Below, piece after piece: positions 43,884 through 44,933 of a stretch of 44,933 nucleotides of DNA (position 1 is the first letter of the stretch; each line of letters starts with the position of its first letter). The notes beneath the pieces were generated by a model that was not told the DNA's origin, made no database searches, and saw nothing but the letters and a program-made list of their open reading frames with translations. Both the position numbers and the translations under genes were made by a program. This DNA comes from Macrostomum lignano (lineage: Eukaryota), in assembly GCA_002269645.1 (NCBI GenBank), contig NIVC01003804.1, positions 1-44,933 on the forward strand, read 5' to 3'.

Positions 43884-44354
43884 AAATCTCCCATGTTTAC
43901 GAAAAACTCGTCCCGAGTTTGAATAATAATATAAATTTACAGAAACGTCTTGAACTTGATATGGTATATATTTATATTGTCGGTATGTTACATTGTATAC
44001 ATTAGTAGTGGTTAGTTCTGTCAGAGTTAAAGGAAAGTTATCATCAGATAAATGCAGATGACACTTGCCCCTGTGTTGATGCCGCTCGGACGATTAGCCG
44101 AAACCGATTCTGAGCACGGCTGTTGTCTGGCGCGCAGCCAGACATACCACTGCCCAGAATGTCGGCTGAAAGCGTGTGAAGCGCGGTTCCTCTGTGCGCT
44201 CGAGTATCATCAGGTAGGCGTCAATACTCGTGAGCCCAGGGTGCTCGCGAGCCAGGCTCCTGGCAATGCCAAGGACGTGACGCCACGACTCCTGATGCCG
44301 GTGCGGCCACGGCCACGACCGGACGGCGATGGACAACTGCTCGAAGGCCAAGCT

Positions 44355-44625
44355 TGATGTGTTCCTTATTACCAGATTTTCTCTGTAATCAAGGAACCAC
44401 CACTTCTAGCTCGATGCTAGGCAACCCAGTTATCAGTAATGGTACTGTTTACCTTGACTTCAGTTGAGATATCCCTTAGTTGTTCTCTGGTAGGTCTCGT
44501 GTCGATCTCTACCGTGAGTAGTTCTCAATCTTCTTCTTCGTACACGTCGATGGTTTGATGACCAGGTCCGAATCTCTGGTAGTCCTTCGGTTGAAGTAGT
44601 TGAAGTAGTTGGTCGTTCGGACCAA
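44355..44625 (-). mobile_element. LTR of family X (copy 4), interrupted by copy 5
   Basis: TGATGTGTTCCTTATTACC start. Stops at the conserved GTTCGGACCAA motif, where copy 5 begins. Confidence 0.8.
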
Positions 44626-44933
44626 TGATGTGTTCCTTATTACTAGACTTTATCTGTAATCAAAGAACACTTACTTCTAGCTCTTTAGCTAGGCAACCCA
44701 GTAATCAAATGAAGGTATCTGTTACCTTAACTCCGGAGTAGTTTCCTCGATACTTCTTGGGTCGACCTCGAGCGTAGATCTCGATGTAGATTTCGTCAAC
44801 TTCTAGACGTCTAGGGTTAGTAGACCAGGTCCGAGTTCCTTTCACTTCTGGTTAAGTAGTTCCGGCCAGTATCTGTAGTTCGGACCAATAGGAAGCTTCG
44901 TATTAACAATGGGTACCGCTGCGCCAAAACTGC
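44626..44933 (-). mobile_element. LTR of family X (copy 5), truncated by the window end
   Basis: TGATGTGTTCCTTATTAC start plus the shared internal motifs. Confidence 0.8.

Overview
Eukaryotic, transposon-dense window, probably from an invertebrate; the sequence style would fit a flatworm such as Macrostomum, but the host is unverified. From left to right it contains: (1) a frameshifted gene for a secreted PAN/apple-like plus LamG-like protein (2091-3042); (2) a dead piggyBac transposase (4234-5979); (3) a minus-strand Loa/I-group-like LINE (ORF1, APE-RT-RNase H-zinc finger) cut in the middle of its RT by a young 10.5-kb Gypsy LTR retrotransposon (8515-19028, ACGT target-site duplication, near-identical 1.19-kb LTRs); (4) ATAG microsatellites and a probable membrane-protein exon; (5) a ~5-kb 20-bp satellite with a 700-bp higher-order repeat; (6) a 52-bp minisatellite; (7) an intact Mag-like Gypsy element with apparently identical 243-bp LTRs (33684-38329); and (8) a cluster of five related, partly nested LTRs among degenerate coding fragments. 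The strongest candidate for a novel system is the first Gypsy element. A canonical U UUA AAC slippery site with a downstream stem or pseudoknot at the end of gag leads into a -1 frame that encodes a full-length cold-shock-like domain and a long coiled coil ahead of the protease. All domain calls are by-eye motif recognition, not database searches.
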